Source: a virus
Lineage: Duplodnaviria; Caudoviricetes
Length of the DNA stretch: 61,221 nucleotides
IMG/VR virus record: IMGVR_UViG_3300049790_000015
Span: 1 to 61,221 of that record
Reading direction: 5' to 3' (one strand)
Shown: in pieces, positions 26,829-37,364 of the stretch
Layout of the letters: every line of letters begins with the position of its first letter
How positions within the stretch are numbered: position 1 is the first letter of the stretch
Notes under the pieces: model-generated
Seen by the model: the letters and a program-made list of their open reading frames with translations, nothing else
Database searches by the model: none
Told to the model about the DNA's origin: nothing
Program-made: the position numbers and the translations under genes

Positions 26829-29800
26829 TTATGCTAGCGCCGAGTCTTCGCTGAAAATCGGGCCGACCGCGTAGTACGAGCGCCGGAATAGCTGGATCTC
26901 CGCGCCCTCGTCGTGTGCCTTGGATATCCCATTGATCGCCCGAGTGACCGTGAACGTCTGGGGAGATGCCGACCCCGATACGGCCGTGACCCGTATCCGT
27001 TCGCCGTCGATCATGATGTCATATGGGAGATCCGAGTTCGCCCACACCGGCCCGCTCGGCACGGTCACCGTGAGCGAGGTCGCGCCGGAGGTCGCATCTG
27101 CGCCGAGCCACGACCCGTCGCTCTCATATCGGGTGTCGCTGTCCTCGTAGATGCCGGTGTCGTAGACCGAGGCTGGCGCGCAGTTCACCGTGATTTGCCA
27201 TGCGAAGTTGTGCAGGTACTCGGACGCGCCGATCACGACCTGGCGGATTGTCTCGGGCGGCAACCACGCGGGCGGGTCGGTAACCAAAATCCAGTCGCCC
27301 ACGTCGAGCCCGGTCGCGGCGGCCGTCAGCGAAGCGGACGCGACGAACTGCGGACGCTCCATCCAGAGCGCGAAGTTCGGATATCTTGCCTCGTCGGTCG
27401 TGCCCCGATGCAGCGCCCATGACGCCTCATGGGGCAGCCACCCATCCGGCCCCACATTGACCGTGATTTCGTCATCGTACCGACCCACTACATCAACCGA
27501 CAGTGGCCCGCCGGTCTCGTCAGACACGCGGGCCGACGAACCTCGCGGTACCTTAGCCGTGACGTCGTTCCGGGTGTATTGGTCGTCGTCGGTCGGCTCG
27601 ATCGAGGACAGGTGCGCACTGTTGTAGTCGAATGTGGCCGGGGTGATGATCTGGTCTAGGGCGTACATCGAGCCCCGGGTCCGATACTGCAACCCCAGGT
27701 GGTCGCGTGCCTCGTGAAGTATCCCACCGTCGGTCGCCTCGCACTCACGCAGCAAGTCGACGAACGACGCGGGAAGCTGGAACCCCATGGGTACGCTGTC
27801 GTTGGCGCTCCCCTTGATGTTCATCAGCTCGCCGTTTTCGGCGCACAGCCGGACCATCCTGTCAGTCGCGTACTCGCCCTTGTAGGCGTTCAGCTCGGAC
27901 AGCAGGTTGAACAACCCGACGTCGCGCCGGAATATGCTAAACTGGCCGACCGCCACGCCGTCCAGGTTCTTCCCGAAGCTGACGTCGAGCCGGCTCGCCT
28001 TGCCGAGCGTGACCGAGCTGACCGTACCCGAGCTGATATTGCCGAACCCGATGCCGACTTCGAGCGTGGCGATCGTCCAATCGATATCCGCGCCGTTCTG
28101 CGACATTGTGACCGAGATGCGCAGGTCGCGATCGAGCACACCGAACCCGATCAGCCCAGTGTCGAGGACAACCGACAGGAACGCGTTCACCGCGAGCAGG
28201 CGTAGATTACCAGATGTGTCAACCGATAGCTGCCAAATCGGCACGGTCGCGTTCGACGTCCAGACCCGGAAGATCACCTCCTCTCCGGCGGGCGCCGCGT
28301 CGCTCGGGATGTTCAGCAGGCACCAGCATCCTATTTGCTGGTAGATGTCGCTGTAGTTAGGGATGTATCCGGTCCATGAGCTGTTCTTGAGCGTCGGGAT
28401 CGGCTGCGAGCACGCGAACTTGTCGTACGACGCGAGATCGGGTCGGTTCGGCAGGTTGATACCCATGGCGGGGTGGTCCGGCAGTGCGGATGCCAGCGAG
28501 GTCGCGTTCTCGCCGTCCTCGCAGGGCCAATAGGCGATGACGTCCGGCCCGAACGTGGTGAGTCCGCGATTCAGCGTCGACTGCAAAGGCGCCGTGCCTT
28601 GCCCGAGCCGCCGGAGGATACCGGCCGCCTCGACCGGCGTCCGCACGTCCTTGCCACTGTTGTCCCATTTCTGCGGCCATTCGCTGACCTCGCCAGCGAA
28701 CCGGCGGTTCTGGCTCGTGATCTCGGCCTGGCCGCATAGGAACCACTGATTGCCTAGGCTGTCGATGACGAGCCGGCTCCCGGGCGTCGCCTGGGAAGCG
28801 GACTTGAAATCGACGTTGGCAACCAGCGTGCCGTTGAGCCCGTCTCGCATTTCGAACGAGTACCACTGTCGGAACGCGGGACCCGCGAACGTCGCGTTGC
28901 CTCCGCCGATTACGACTTCCGAGGACGAGTCGAATAGCGCGAATGTGCCCGACCCGACGATCGTGTCGCCGAGCTGCACGAACGGACCCGCGTTCGTCGG
29001 GGCGGTGTAGAACGCGACGGTGCTGTTACCGGAGTTGTTGGTGTTGAGGACGGCCGCGACGCACCGACGCCCGTAGTCCGGGAGCGGCAGGGCCACGGTC
29101 GACGTGGCGGAGCGCAGGTTGGCGGCCGTCCCGTCGGAGGACCACTGGAAGAACAGCGTGCCATCGTCGTTGGTCGCAAACAGCCACGACCGCTGATTGC
29201 TGGTGGTCCTGCGCTTTGATGCGAGGATCGCGGCCTGTCCGTTCCAGCAGGTCATTTCCAGGTCACAGCGGACATCGAGGTTGGTCGTCCCTGCGATGTC
29301 GTTGTCATACGCGAACGCGTAGTCCTGGTCCGGGCGGGATAGGGTCATGCGCTGCAGGGCGCCCCCGAGCCCGGACCCTACCGACACTCGCATGCCGGTG
29401 TTTCGGCCGAGAATCCCGTAATACGACGATCGCGGGTTGCGCGGGGAGTAGGCGCCCGTCCGGTTATCGAGCGTGAACGAGCACGAGGACGGACCGCCGG
29501 TGCTCGCCTCGTTCTCCTGTCCGCGCGAGCTGATCTGGATGGCGTCCGACTCGCGGGGATCGCCGCTGACGTCGACGTACGCCCGTTGGATGCCGGCCGT
29601 CAGCTCGGTAAACCAGGTGTTGCCTTCGAGGTCGGTGTACTCCTCCGCGCCAGGCGTGACCTTGCTAAAGTCGATCGCGGCGACCCGGGTGCCGCCGATG
29701 CCGTTCCGTAGCTGAAATGCGTGGATGGCGCCGATGAATGGCGCGGCGAACGCGAGGCCAGGCGCCCGGTCGTTGGTGGTGCCGACCTCCAGGTCGGCCG

Positions 29801-30323
29801 CCGTTGACGCGATCGAGCTTGTCGGGGTGCTGGTCTGGGTGCTCCCGAGTTGGGTGTACGTCCCGTTGATGTCGCTCGCAGTGTAGAAGATCACGCTGAC
29901 GCCGGACGCGCCGTTGTTCACGTCGATGGTGGCTCGGACCGCATGCCGTGTTCCGTCGGTGAATCCGGTGGCCACACTCGATGTCGCGGTACGGATGTTG
30001 CCGAATGTGCCGTCCGGGCTCCACTGCACCTGCAGTTTGCCATCGAACGTGAGGAAGAACACCCACGACATGTTCGCCGAAGTCAGCCCGAACGAGCGGT
30101 TCTTCGACGCAATGAACATCCCGTATTGCGGGGTCCAGTCGAGCGGCGTGATCTCGGCCCTAACGTCGAGGTCGCCCGTGATGTCATAGCTGTTCTGGTC
30201 GGTGCTCCAGGTCCCGGAATGGGACGACTCGTTGACCTGGGTCGGGACCGAGCCGGAAACGAAAGCCGCCTCGCCGATCTGCAGCTCGGTGACGATTGGT
30301 AGGGTCGACTGTGGGAATGCCAT
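26829..30323 (-). CDS. Large minor tail (hub/baseplate) protein with duplicated LamG/ConA-like domains
   Basis: Follows the tape measure gene; two internal repeats (LDVR..ASK..SW..DG.L..QWS.DGT..FYTA..QLG). Confidence 0.75.
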   Translation of the reverse strand: MAFPQSTLPIVTELQIGEAAFVSGSVPTQVNESSHSGTWSTDQNSYDITGDLDVRAEITPLDWTPQYGMFIASKNRSFGLTSANMSWVFFLTFDGKLQVQWSPDGTFGNIRTATSSVATGFTDGTRHAVRATIDVNNGASGVSVIFYTASDINGTYTQLGSTQTSTPTSSIASTAADLEVGTTNDRAPGLAFAAPFIGAIHAFQLRNGIGGTRVAAIDFSKVTPGAEEYTDLEGNTWFTELTAGIQRAYVDVSGDPRESDAIQISSRGQENEASTGGPSSCSFTLDNRTGAYSPRNPRSSYYGILGRNTGMRVSVGSGLGGALQRMTLSRPDQDYAFAYDNDIAGTTNLDVRCDLEMTCWNGQAAILASKRRTTSNQRSWLFATNDDGTLFFQWSSDGTAANLRSATSTVALPLPDYGRRCVAAVLNTNNSGNSTVAFYTAPTNAGPFVQLGDTIVGSGTFALFDSSSEVVIGGGNATFAGPAFRQWYSFEMRDGLNGTLVANVDFKSASQATPGSRLVIDSLGNQWFLCGQAEITSQNRRFAGEVSEWPQKWDNSGKDVRTPVEAAGILRRLGQGTAPLQSTLNRGLTTFGPDVIAYWPCEDGENATSLASALPDHPAMGINLPNRPDLASYDKFACSQPIPTLKNSSWTGYIPNYSDIYQQIGCWCLLNIPSDAAPAGEEVIFRVWTSNATVPIWQLSVDTSGNLRLLAVNAFLSVVLDTGLIGFGVLDRDLRISVTMSQNGADIDWTIATLEVGIGFGNISSGTVSSVTLGKASRLDVSFGKNLDGVAVGQFSIFRRDVGLFNLLSELNAYKGEYATDRMVRLCAENGELMNIKGSANDSVPMGFQLPASFVDLLRECEATDGGILHEARDHLGLQYRTRGSMYALDQIITPATFDYNSAHLSSIEPTDDDQYTRNDVTAKVPRGSSARVSDETGGPLSVDVVGRYDDEITVNVGPDGWLPHEASWALHRGTTDEARYPNFALWMERPQFVASASLTAAATGLDVGDWILVTDPPAWLPPETIRQVVIGASEYLHNFAWQITVNCAPASVYDTGIYEDSDTRYESDGSWLGADATSGATSLTVTVPSGPVWANSDLPYDIMIDGERIRVTAVSGSASPQTFTVTRAINGISKAHDEGAEIQLFRRSYYAVGPIFSEDSALA

Positions 30324-30324
30324 G

Positions 30325-32283
30325 TCAGCCGGTCCCGAGGACAACCTGCGCATTGCCGCCGCGCACCTTGACCGACTTCCGCACGAACTCCAAGATCAGG
30401 TCGCCCATCTTCGACCCATCCGACCCGAAGATGACCTGGGTGCCCCCGCCCCCGCTTCCGCCGCTCTGCATCATCCGCCTGCTGTCGTCGTTCGAGTACA
30501 CGTGGCTGCCCATGGGGAGCGCGGCCAGCTCCGGCCCGCGCTCGCCCACCATGGTCAAACCCCGCCGCAGACCGCCGGAGGCAGCCGCGCCAACGCGACC
30601 CATCATACCGACCACGCCACCGCGCGCAAAGCCGAGGAACCGCTGCGCCGGTCCTGGGATGATCGACTTGAGCGCCGAGCCGACCGAGCCGGCCAGCGAC
30701 TTGATGCCCCCGACGATACCGTTCACGATCGACCTGCCGAGGTTCCACGCCCAGTTGCCGATACCGGACAGCGTGTTCATGATCGCGCTGCCGATCTCGT
30801 TGGCGCCCTGGATGATCATCGAAATCCCCGACCGGATGGCGCCGAGGATGGCCGCGCCGATCAGGGAGAAGATCGTGGTCGCCTGGTTCAGTATCTGGTT
30901 GAACAGCCCGATGATGACCTGGACAGCCCCACCGAGGATGAGCTTGACGCCCTCCCATACCATGGACCAGTCGCCCGTGAGGATGCCCGTGAACACCTTG
31001 ATGATGCCGACAATAATGTCGATTGCGCCCTTGATGACGGTGACGATATTGTTGAACGTTGCCACCACATAGGGACCGAGCACGTCGATGAGGAACGCGA
31101 CCACGGGGGCCATCGCGTTTATGAAATCGGTCAGCGCGGGGATGACCTCGTTTTGGATCTTATCCGCGATGTCGTGGACAGCCGGACCTATCGCATCCGA
31201 TAGGGCCTTCCATTGCGTCTCGATGTGGGGTAGGACCGTGTCCGCGAAGTTGCGGAGCGCATCCATGAACCCCATGCCCTGGGGCGTCTCGGTGAAGAAC
31301 GAGACGAACGCGCTATATGCTTTCTTGAGGTCGTCCCAGTGCCGGATGACGAGGCCGACAGCGGCGATGACCGCCGTGACCGGACCACCGAACGCGATAG
31401 CCACCACGGCCAGCGCGTCCGCGAGGTACCAGAACTGCTGCTGGTATGTCTTGTACCACCCGATCAGGGTCTTCAGCACGCGGACGACCGTGGTAACCGC
31501 ATCGGCTACCGAGTGGTAATATCCCTTGAGCTTCTCGATCCCGCCGGTTACCGTGCTCGCGTTGACCTTATCCATGGCCGCCGCGAGCTTGTACAGGATG
31601 CCGGAGAGCCCCTGCTCGCCTGCCTCCATCGAGACGCCCATGATCCGGGACAGCATCTCGGCAAACGCGATGCCGACTTGCAGGATCGACTCGTCTAGTC
31701 CGTCGATTGCCTGCCAGATCGGGTGCACGATCCCGTTGATCGTCTGCAGGCCCTCGGCGGACGCGCCCCACGTGAGGAACCCATCAGCGACGGAATTGAC
31801 AGTCTTGCCGATCTGCACGAAGCTGTGATTAAGCTCCGGCCACGCGACCTTCTTGAACGCGGCGACTAGCGGTTCTAGACCATGCGCAGCCGCCTTGCTC
31901 GCGTTCTCCCCCGCGAGGTTGAAGCCATCGGCGAGCGGCTGCAGCACCGTCCGCATGGCGCTGCCTTCTTTGAAGATAGCGCCGAGTGCGGTCTTGACAT
32001 ACAACGCTCCCGCGCCCATAGCTATAAGCGCGGGCCCTGCCGCTATCGCGGCTTGCCCGAAGTGGACGATCGCCATCCCGGCTTTGGCAATGTATGGCGC
32101 AGCCGTGATGAACGCCGAGCCGAAGGCGGCCACCTTGGGGACCGCCCCGGCTAGCGCCGCACCGATACCTTTGAGCTTGTTTCCGATGCCGCGCGCCATC
32201 GCGGCGGCTGCGCGGTCAACCCGGAGGAACGTGCGGGACGCGAGGTCGCGCGCCCGGACGATGATATCGACGCTGTTGGTCAC
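30325..32283 (-). CDS. Tape measure protein
   Basis: Ala/Gly/Ile amphipathic repeats (LTGDWSMVWEG); MVGERGPE; follows the tail chaperones. Confidence 0.85.
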   Translation of the reverse strand: MTNSVDIIVRARDLASRTFLRVDRAAAAMARGIGNKLKGIGAALAGAVPKVAAFGSAFITAAPYIAKAGMAIVHFGQAAIAAGPALIAMGAGALYVKTALGAIFKEGSAMRTVLQPLADGFNLAGENASKAAAHGLEPLVAAFKKVAWPELNHSFVQIGKTVNSVADGFLTWGASAEGLQTINGIVHPIWQAIDGLDESILQVGIAFAEMLSRIMGVSMEAGEQGLSGILYKLAAAMDKVNASTVTGGIEKLKGYYHSVADAVTTVVRVLKTLIGWYKTYQQQFWYLADALAVVAIAFGGPVTAVIAAVGLVIRHWDDLKKAYSAFVSFFTETPQGMGFMDALRNFADTVLPHIETQWKALSDAIGPAVHDIADKIQNEVIPALTDFINAMAPVVAFLIDVLGPYVVATFNNIVTVIKGAIDIIVGIIKVFTGILTGDWSMVWEGVKLILGGAVQVIIGLFNQILNQATTIFSLIGAAILGAIRSGISMIIQGANEIGSAIMNTLSGIGNWAWNLGRSIVNGIVGGIKSLAGSVGSALKSIIPGPAQRFLGFARGGVVGMMGRVGAAASGGLRRGLTMVGERGPELAALPMGSHVYSNDDSRRMMQSGGSGGGGTQVIFGSDGSKMGDLILEFVRKSVKVRGGNAQVVLGTG

Positions 32284-32300
32284 TCGATATCACCGCCCTT

Positions 32301-32525
32301 TCAGATGCCCACGTCAACCCCGGCGTCGTCCCCTGCTCGGGCCGAGATCGCGGCCCATTTGAGTAGCTGGGCGTCCTCCCGCATCAGTTGGCTCGGCGGG
32401 CAAGAGAACGCCCGACAAAGCGCCATGATCGCCCGTGCGTGTTCTAGTTCGACAGGGGGACCGACAATGGCACCATCGGCATCGATACCTCCGGCAAAGT
32501 CCCGCCAGAGGTCGATCCTTTTCCC
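32301..32525 (-). CDS. Tail assembly chaperone, -1 frameshift extension (gpGT-like)
   Basis: Slippery G GGA AAA at 32519-32525 (-); the -1 frame stays open to 32301. Confidence 0.7.
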   Translation of the reverse strand, partial: GKRIDLWRDFAGGIDADGAIVGPPVELEHARAIMALCRAFSCPPSQLMREDAQLLKWAAISARAGDDAGVDVGI

Positions 32526-32980
32526 AGGTCGTCCTCGACCCCCGCGATTGCGTCCATCCATACCATGATCAGCGGGAAGATGAAAGAGAAGTCCTGGTCG
32601 TTCACTGCCTCGCGGGTACACGGCACCGGGACCAGCCGGACCCCGCCTTCGGCCGTCTCGTCCGGGACCTCGTCCTCGACGTTCCACGAGACCAGGGCGT
32701 CGGCGAAGCTGTTCATCAGTTCGACGATCGCGGCCTGCTGCTCCGCCGTGAACTCGGCGTGCTCACCCTCGGCGAGGTCGCGCCCCTTGAACTCGGACGA
32801 CATGAGCATCAGCTCGAACATGCGACCGACCGAGATCGACCTGACGCGGACCTCCAGGCCGACGCCCTCGTCGTCGACGTCCAGCTCGGTCCCCGTGAAA
32901 TCGAGGGAGATGGTCCGGCGGCTCCGGTAGCCGCCTGTTCGACGTGCGGCTCGGTTCGAGCCGGCTGCTTGTTTCGGCAT
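32444..32980 (-). CDS. Tail assembly chaperone (gpG-like)
   Basis: LVSWNVEDE..PVPCT motif; DLGK slippery site; position before the tape measure gene. Confidence 0.8.
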   Translation of the reverse strand: MPKQAAGSNRAARRTGGYRSRRTISLDFTGTELDVDDEGVGLEVRVRSISVGRMFELMLMSSEFKGRDLAEGEHAEFTAEQQAAIVELMNSFADALVSWNVEDEVPDETAEGGVRLVPVPCTREAVNDQDFSFIFPLIMVWMDAIAGVEDDLGKGSTSGGTLPEVSMPMVPLSVPLSN

Positions 32981-32983
32981 GTG

Positions 32984-33394
32984 TCACGGACCCCACGTGG
33001 GAACGGCGCCATCGGCCAGCGAGCCGGGCGCCGTCCACGTGAGTTCGCCCGTGTCGGACCGCGAGAGCTGATAGTCCGAGAACAGGCACTCGCAGGACAG
33101 CGTCTGGCTCGCGATCGCCAGCGACACGGTACGGATGACGGACGTCGAGGGCACCGTACGAAGAACCGCGTGGCTCTTGTTGGCGCTCGGGTTGAACACG
33201 CCGTTGAGCGTGATCGAGAAATCGGCGAGCAGGAGCAGGCGCTCGATCGCGCTCTTGTCGACACCCGTGATCTCCTGCACCCCCCGTGGGGTGCTGAAAT
33301 CGAACGACGTGACGTCGTTGCGAATGTCCTGCAGCGAGGGGGACGCGTCGTCGACCGATAGCGTCGTCCAGCCGAGGCCGCTCTGCTTGGCCAC
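32984..33394 (-). CDS. Major tail (tube) protein
   Basis: 136 aa; directly upstream of the chaperones; similar to the N-terminal part of 34231-34995. Confidence 0.65.
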   Translation of the reverse strand: MAKQSGLGWTTLSVDDASPSLQDIRNDVTSFDFSTPRGVQEITGVDKSAIERLLLLADFSITLNGVFNPSANKSHAVLRTVPSTSVIRTVSLAIASQTLSCECLFSDYQLSRSDTGELTWTAPGSLADGAVPTWGP

Positions 33395-33437
33395 TGTTTC
33401 CTCCTACCGGCCGGCGAACTGCCGGACCATCCTGCGG

Positions 33438-33893
33438 CTACCCGCGACCAAGCGCGGTCGCCAGCCGGTCCTGGTGGGCTGAGAAGTCGTCGACCCAGTC
33501 GGCCGCCGCGTTCCGGCCCTGGAACTGGCGACGTGGGCCGGTCTTCATCCGGAAGTCACCGCGCCGGACGATGTACAGCTCCGGCCGGTCGAGACGGACC
33601 CGATGCTCCTGGAAGCATCGCTGGCCCGCCTCGAACGTGAACTGGACGAGCCCGGTCGGCATCCGCTCCTGGGAGAACCGGCGGCCGGATTCGCGGGTGA
33701 TGTACGCCATCTGGCGTCGGCCGAGTTCGGTTGCGGGATCGACCTCGGTCATCCATCCGCGAATGTAGTACTCGCACTCGATTTCCGCGCAGGTGGCCTT
33801 TCTCCAATGTGTCGCGTTGGGCGCAACGACCTGGTACGTCTTGTACTCGGCTGGGCCGAGATGCGGCTGAATCCGGGTCACCTGCGCGGGCAT
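33438..33893 (-). CDS. Hypothetical protein (Cys/His-containing)
   Basis: 151 aa ORF in the tail module. Confidence 0.6.
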   Translation of the reverse strand: MPAQVTRIQPHLGPAEYKTYQVVAPNATHWRKATCAEIECEYYIRGWMTEVDPATELGRRQMAYITRESGRRFSQERMPTGLVQFTFEAGQRCFQEHRVRLDRPELYIVRRGDFRMKTGPRRQFQGRNAAADWVDDFSAHQDRLATALGRG

Positions 33894-33900
33894 GACCGGA

Positions 33901-34122
33901 CTACCGGTACGACGGGTCGTCGGCGACCTCGGTCGGGGTCGCGTGGTTGCCGCCCCCGATGAGTGAGAACACGAGCGAGATCGCGCCGAGGACGATACCC
34001 GACACGATGTTGACGGTGTCGTTGCTCGGCACGGTCGCGCCGAGGACGGCTAGCGCCGCGAACAGCGAGCTGACATAGTCCTTGACGAGCCGGACCTTGC
34101 TGAGGACGGTCGTACTGTCCAT
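33901..34122 (-). CDS. Holin-like two-TM protein
   Basis: 73 aa with two hydrophobic helices. Confidence 0.5.
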   Translation of the reverse strand: MDSTTVLSKVRLVKDYVSSLFAALAVLGATVPSNDTVNIVSGIVLGAISLVFSLIGGGNHATPTEVADDPSYR

Positions 34123-34230
34123 TTCCGTTCCTTCCGTTGCCCCTCGTAGCACGCCCCACGCGGGCGCGCAAGCGTGGCAAGGGTACCGCGTGCCGGCCGG
34201 CTTCGGGAAGCTTGGCAGCGGCGCCCCGAC

Positions 34231-34995
34231 CTAGAACACCGTGTCGCAGATGTTCTTCTGTACCATCACCGCGAAGTCCAGCGAGCTGAACGTCCCGGTA
34301 ACGTTGACCCGAAGCCACCGTTCGATGGCGGTGGTCCGGCCTGTCTCGATCCGCTGGAATTGCGGCCCGGACGTGACGGCGGAGAACGAGCCGCCGCTGA
34401 TCGTGGCGTAGGCGTCGCCCACGGCGTTGTCGGTGCTGCTCTGGACGTTGATCGTCGCGGACGTGCCGGTGAACCCGAACACGTGCAGATACGCCTGCAT
34501 GCCGAAACTGAGCGTGCCGACGGAGCCGAGGATCGTGTCGAAATCGACGCCCGTGGTCGAGCCGGCTCCGGTGAGCGTCACCCGCCCGTTGGTGAGCTGG
34601 TCGGTCCACTCCAGGCCGTATGCGTTCGAGACCGAGGCCACGGCGAACGTAAACGCGCCGTCGTCCCCTCGGCTACCGTCGTAGTTCGGCTGCTTTGCGT
34701 TGAGGCAGGCAGCCGGGGCGCCGTAGCCGACTCCGCGAGCGTACGTGATCAGGACGTCCGCAGTTGGCAGCGCGCCGAGTGTCCGGTGCGCCTTGCCGGT
34801 CGCTGGGTTGAACCAGGTGTCCATCTCGATAGCGCCGGTCCGGAGCCCGCCGGTCCGCTCGTACGCGCTCTTGTCGATGCCGGTCAGTTCGAGTAGCGCC
34901 GGACCTCCGCCCACGTTCCCGAGACTGCTGATGTCGCCGCTGAGGTCGACGCCCCCGATCCACAGGTTGTCGCCCAGGCCGCTCTGCTTTGCCAT
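34231..34995 (-). CDS. Tail tube paralogue with C-terminal extension
   Basis: Shares MAKQSGLG, E.TG.DKSA.ER and FNP with 32984-33394. Confidence 0.65.
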   Translation of the reverse strand: MAKQSGLGDNLWIGGVDLSGDISSLGNVGGGPALLELTGIDKSAYERTGGLRTGAIEMDTWFNPATGKAHRTLGALPTADVLITYARGVGYGAPAACLNAKQPNYDGSRGDDGAFTFAVASVSNAYGLEWTDQLTNGRVTLTGAGSTTGVDFDTILGSVGTLSFGMQAYLHVFGFTGTSATINVQSSTDNAVGDAYATISGGSFSAVTSGPQFQRIETGRTTAIERWLRVNVTGTFSSLDFAVMVQKNICDTVF

Positions 34996-35465
34996 CAGGC
35001 CACCTGCTCCCATGCGTCGTTGATGATCACGGGCACGGTGACCGTGCAGACCCGGAGGATCACGCCCTGGATTTCGAGGTACCCCATCTGGGCGGAGAGC
35101 GGTTGCCCGTTCGAGCCGAGCAGGTCGACCATGCGGACGTCGTTTGCCTCGTCGTCGCCGAGCTGGAAGTCACCGCAGTAGGCGCCCATGAGGTCGGACG
35201 CGCCGTCCATGAGCACAGTATCGATGTCGTCAGCCGGCTGGTAGTTGATGTTCAACATCAACATGACCTTGAACACGGCGATGATCGATGTCTCGTCGAG
35301 CCCGCTCTGGCGGATCGCCTCGAACTTATCGGCCCAGATCGCGACGTTCACGCCCCCGGCTGGTGGGCTGGCGCTCGGCTGGCGCTTGAGCACCTGGTTG
35401 AACCGGCCGGTCTTCTGGGCGTGCTCGGCGATGCGGTTCTGGATGTCGGAAACCGGGAAGCTCAC
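34995..35465 (-). CDS. Tail terminator-like protein
   Basis: Size and position in the neck module. Confidence 0.55.
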   Translation of the reverse strand: MSFPVSDIQNRIAEHAQKTGRFNQVLKRQPSASPPAGGVNVAIWADKFEAIRQSGLDETSIIAVFKVMLMLNINYQPADDIDTVLMDGASDLMGAYCGDFQLGDDEANDVRMVDLLGSNGQPLSAQMGYLEIQGVILRVCTVTVPVIINDAWEQVA

Positions 35466-35857
35466 TGCATCCTCCGCAGATACTTGAGTCGCAGGAGCGC
35501 CTCGGCCACGAGATCGGCCCGTCTCTTAATGCGCGGGGTCATGCGCCGGAAAGTGTGGTAGCCCCGGAATTGAGTAACCGGGGCGTTCCGCGAGCCGACG
35601 CCCTCCAGCCACGGACCGTAGACGATCCGGCCGTCGGTGATCGCGTAGTACGAGCCGCGCGGCTCGTGACGGATATGGCTTCGGTACACGCCGGTCGGGT
35701 GCTTTAGCACGCGGTCAAGCTCGCGCTGGATCATGTCGACCCCGGCCTTTGCCGCGTCCTCCTGTGACTGGCCGCAAAGCCCCATGACTGCCTTGACGGC
35801 GCGGCCGTTGAACATCGGCCCGTTCAGCTCGACATCATACGAAACCCGGGCGGCCAT
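35462..35857 (-). CDS. HK97 gp10-like tail completion protein
   Basis: PTGVYRSHI...VYGPWLEG. Confidence 0.6.
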   Translation of the reverse strand: MAARVSYDVELNGPMFNGRAVKAVMGLCGQSQEDAAKAGVDMIQRELDRVLKHPTGVYRSHIRHEPRGSYYAITDGRIVYGPWLEGVGSRNAPVTQFRGYHTFRRMTPRIKRRADLVAEALLRLKYLRRMQ

Positions 35858-36963
35858 CAGACCGCCCCGATCCGGGAGCCGCGCCCGAACAGCTCGTACA
35901 CGTCATCCGCCTTCGAGATGACCTGGCGCGGACTGACCTGGCGCTCGTTGTCGCCCGAGCCCGCGACCCGCGCGTATCCGGCCGGCTCCGCGAGGATGGT
36001 CATGATGGCCAGCGCCCGGCATAGTTCGCGGATCTGGCCGGGCGCCTTGTGCAAGTAGACCGGGCCGCTCTCGGTGTGCGGGGCCGCGATCGTACCGGCA
36101 ACCCCGCGCTCGATCTCGGCCCGTCGAGGGGCGTACAGTGCCGCGCCGGTCGTGTGCGCTGCGAGTGCCGTCCCGTCGTAGGCGCGGACGACGAGGCAGG
36201 TCGAGCCGGCCACCTCAACGACCAGCAGCTTCTCGCCGTCGATCATGATGATCTCGTCCTCGAACACCGGATCTCCGGTGATCGTGATCGACTGCGCGTT
36301 GGCGGTTCCCGCGAGGTCGGCCGCGAGCGTCGCCCCGGTGTCGACCTGGCGCTTTTCGGTGACGACCATCCGCTCGTTGTCCATGCGGATGAGATCCCCG
36401 ACGCCGATCTCGGCGGAGTTCGACAGCACCAGCGCGCCGTCGGTGTCCGAGATCGACTCGTCGAGGTCGGCTGCCTGGGTCTCGGAAGCCGGCCAGACGA
36501 ACGTGCCCGTGATCGCGACCGAGCGCTGGAACGTGCCGGTGATCTGGAAGGCCGCACTCGACTGGGCCGCGAGGTTGATCGAGAGCTGGTCGTAGGGTGG
36601 TCCGGCGTTGAGCCCGCCCGCGTCGCCTACGACGTACTGGCTCGGGTCGAGTGTGATTCCGGCGGTCTGCCCCCCGGTGGTCACCGCGTCGACTTCCACG
36701 ACCTCGTTTTCGTCAAGCCACAGACGCCAGGTCGTCCCGAGCTGGGAGGTCGGCCAATCGTAGTACCGGGTCCCGATCTGCGGATAGAACTGCCGGTGGC
36801 AGTTCGCATCGATCAGGTCGGTTGCGGCTTCGAGTGCGTCATCGATCTGGCGTCGCCTGCGCGCGGTCGCCTGCACGTCGAGTGCGGACATCACCGACTC
36901 ACGTGTGGCGTAGAAAGGCGCGCGCATAGGCGCATCAAACCGTGTGATTGCCCTCGTGGGCAA
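35857..36963 (-). CDS. Head-to-tail adaptor with inserted beta domains (start may be 36928)
   Basis: YATRE..LEAAT.LID..C.RQF adaptor-like N-terminus; repeated ID.E and RG..GT.AA.H. Confidence 0.6.
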   Translation of the reverse strand: MPTRAITRFDAPMRAPFYATRESVMSALDVQATARRRRQIDDALEAATDLIDANCHRQFYPQIGTRYYDWPTSQLGTTWRLWLDENEVVEVDAVTTGGQTAGITLDPSQYVVGDAGGLNAGPPYDQLSINLAAQSSAAFQITGTFQRSVAITGTFVWPASETQAADLDESISDTDGALVLSNSAEIGVGDLIRMDNERMVVTEKRQVDTGATLAADLAGTANAQSITITGDPVFEDEIIMIDGEKLLVVEVAGSTCLVVRAYDGTALAAHTTGAALYAPRRAEIERGVAGTIAAPHTESGPVYLHKAPGQIRELCRALAIMTILAEPAGYARVAGSGDNERQVSPRQVISKADDVYELFGRGSRIGAV

Positions 36964-37052
36964 CTACGGGACAAACCCACTATCGAACCATGGGCATTGG
37001 CATGCCGACAATTAGGCAAATTCAACGGCTTTGCCTTGCCGGCCAGTTCGAC

Positions 37053-37364
37053 CTACGCGGGTATCTTCGCCTCGACCGGGAGGGGACGCGGGCAGTTCAG
37101 CGAATCCGGGCCAGGGCCGTATGCCCTGAGATACTCGCGCCGTGCCTCAAGCTGCGCCGGAGTCGACTGCGACGGCGGACGAGACAGCGCCGTGTACATG
37201 ATCGCGCACACCGGCTGACGTATCTTGTCGACTTTGGCCTGTGTCCGGTCGTTCTCGGTCAGGGAGCTGGACACCAACCAGGCCAACACCGCGAGGACGC
37301 TGACCAGAGAAACCGAGATCCAGCGGCGAGACCACCACAGACGAAACCGAGCCCGCGCGTTCAT
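37053..37364 (-). CDS. Membrane protein
   Basis: Single N-terminal TM and two Cys. Confidence 0.6.
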   Translation of the reverse strand: MNARARFRLWWSRRWISVSLVSVLAVLAWLVSSSLTENDRTQAKVDKIRQPVCAIMYTALSRPPSQSTPAQLEARREYLRAYGPGPDSLNCPRPLPVEAKIPA

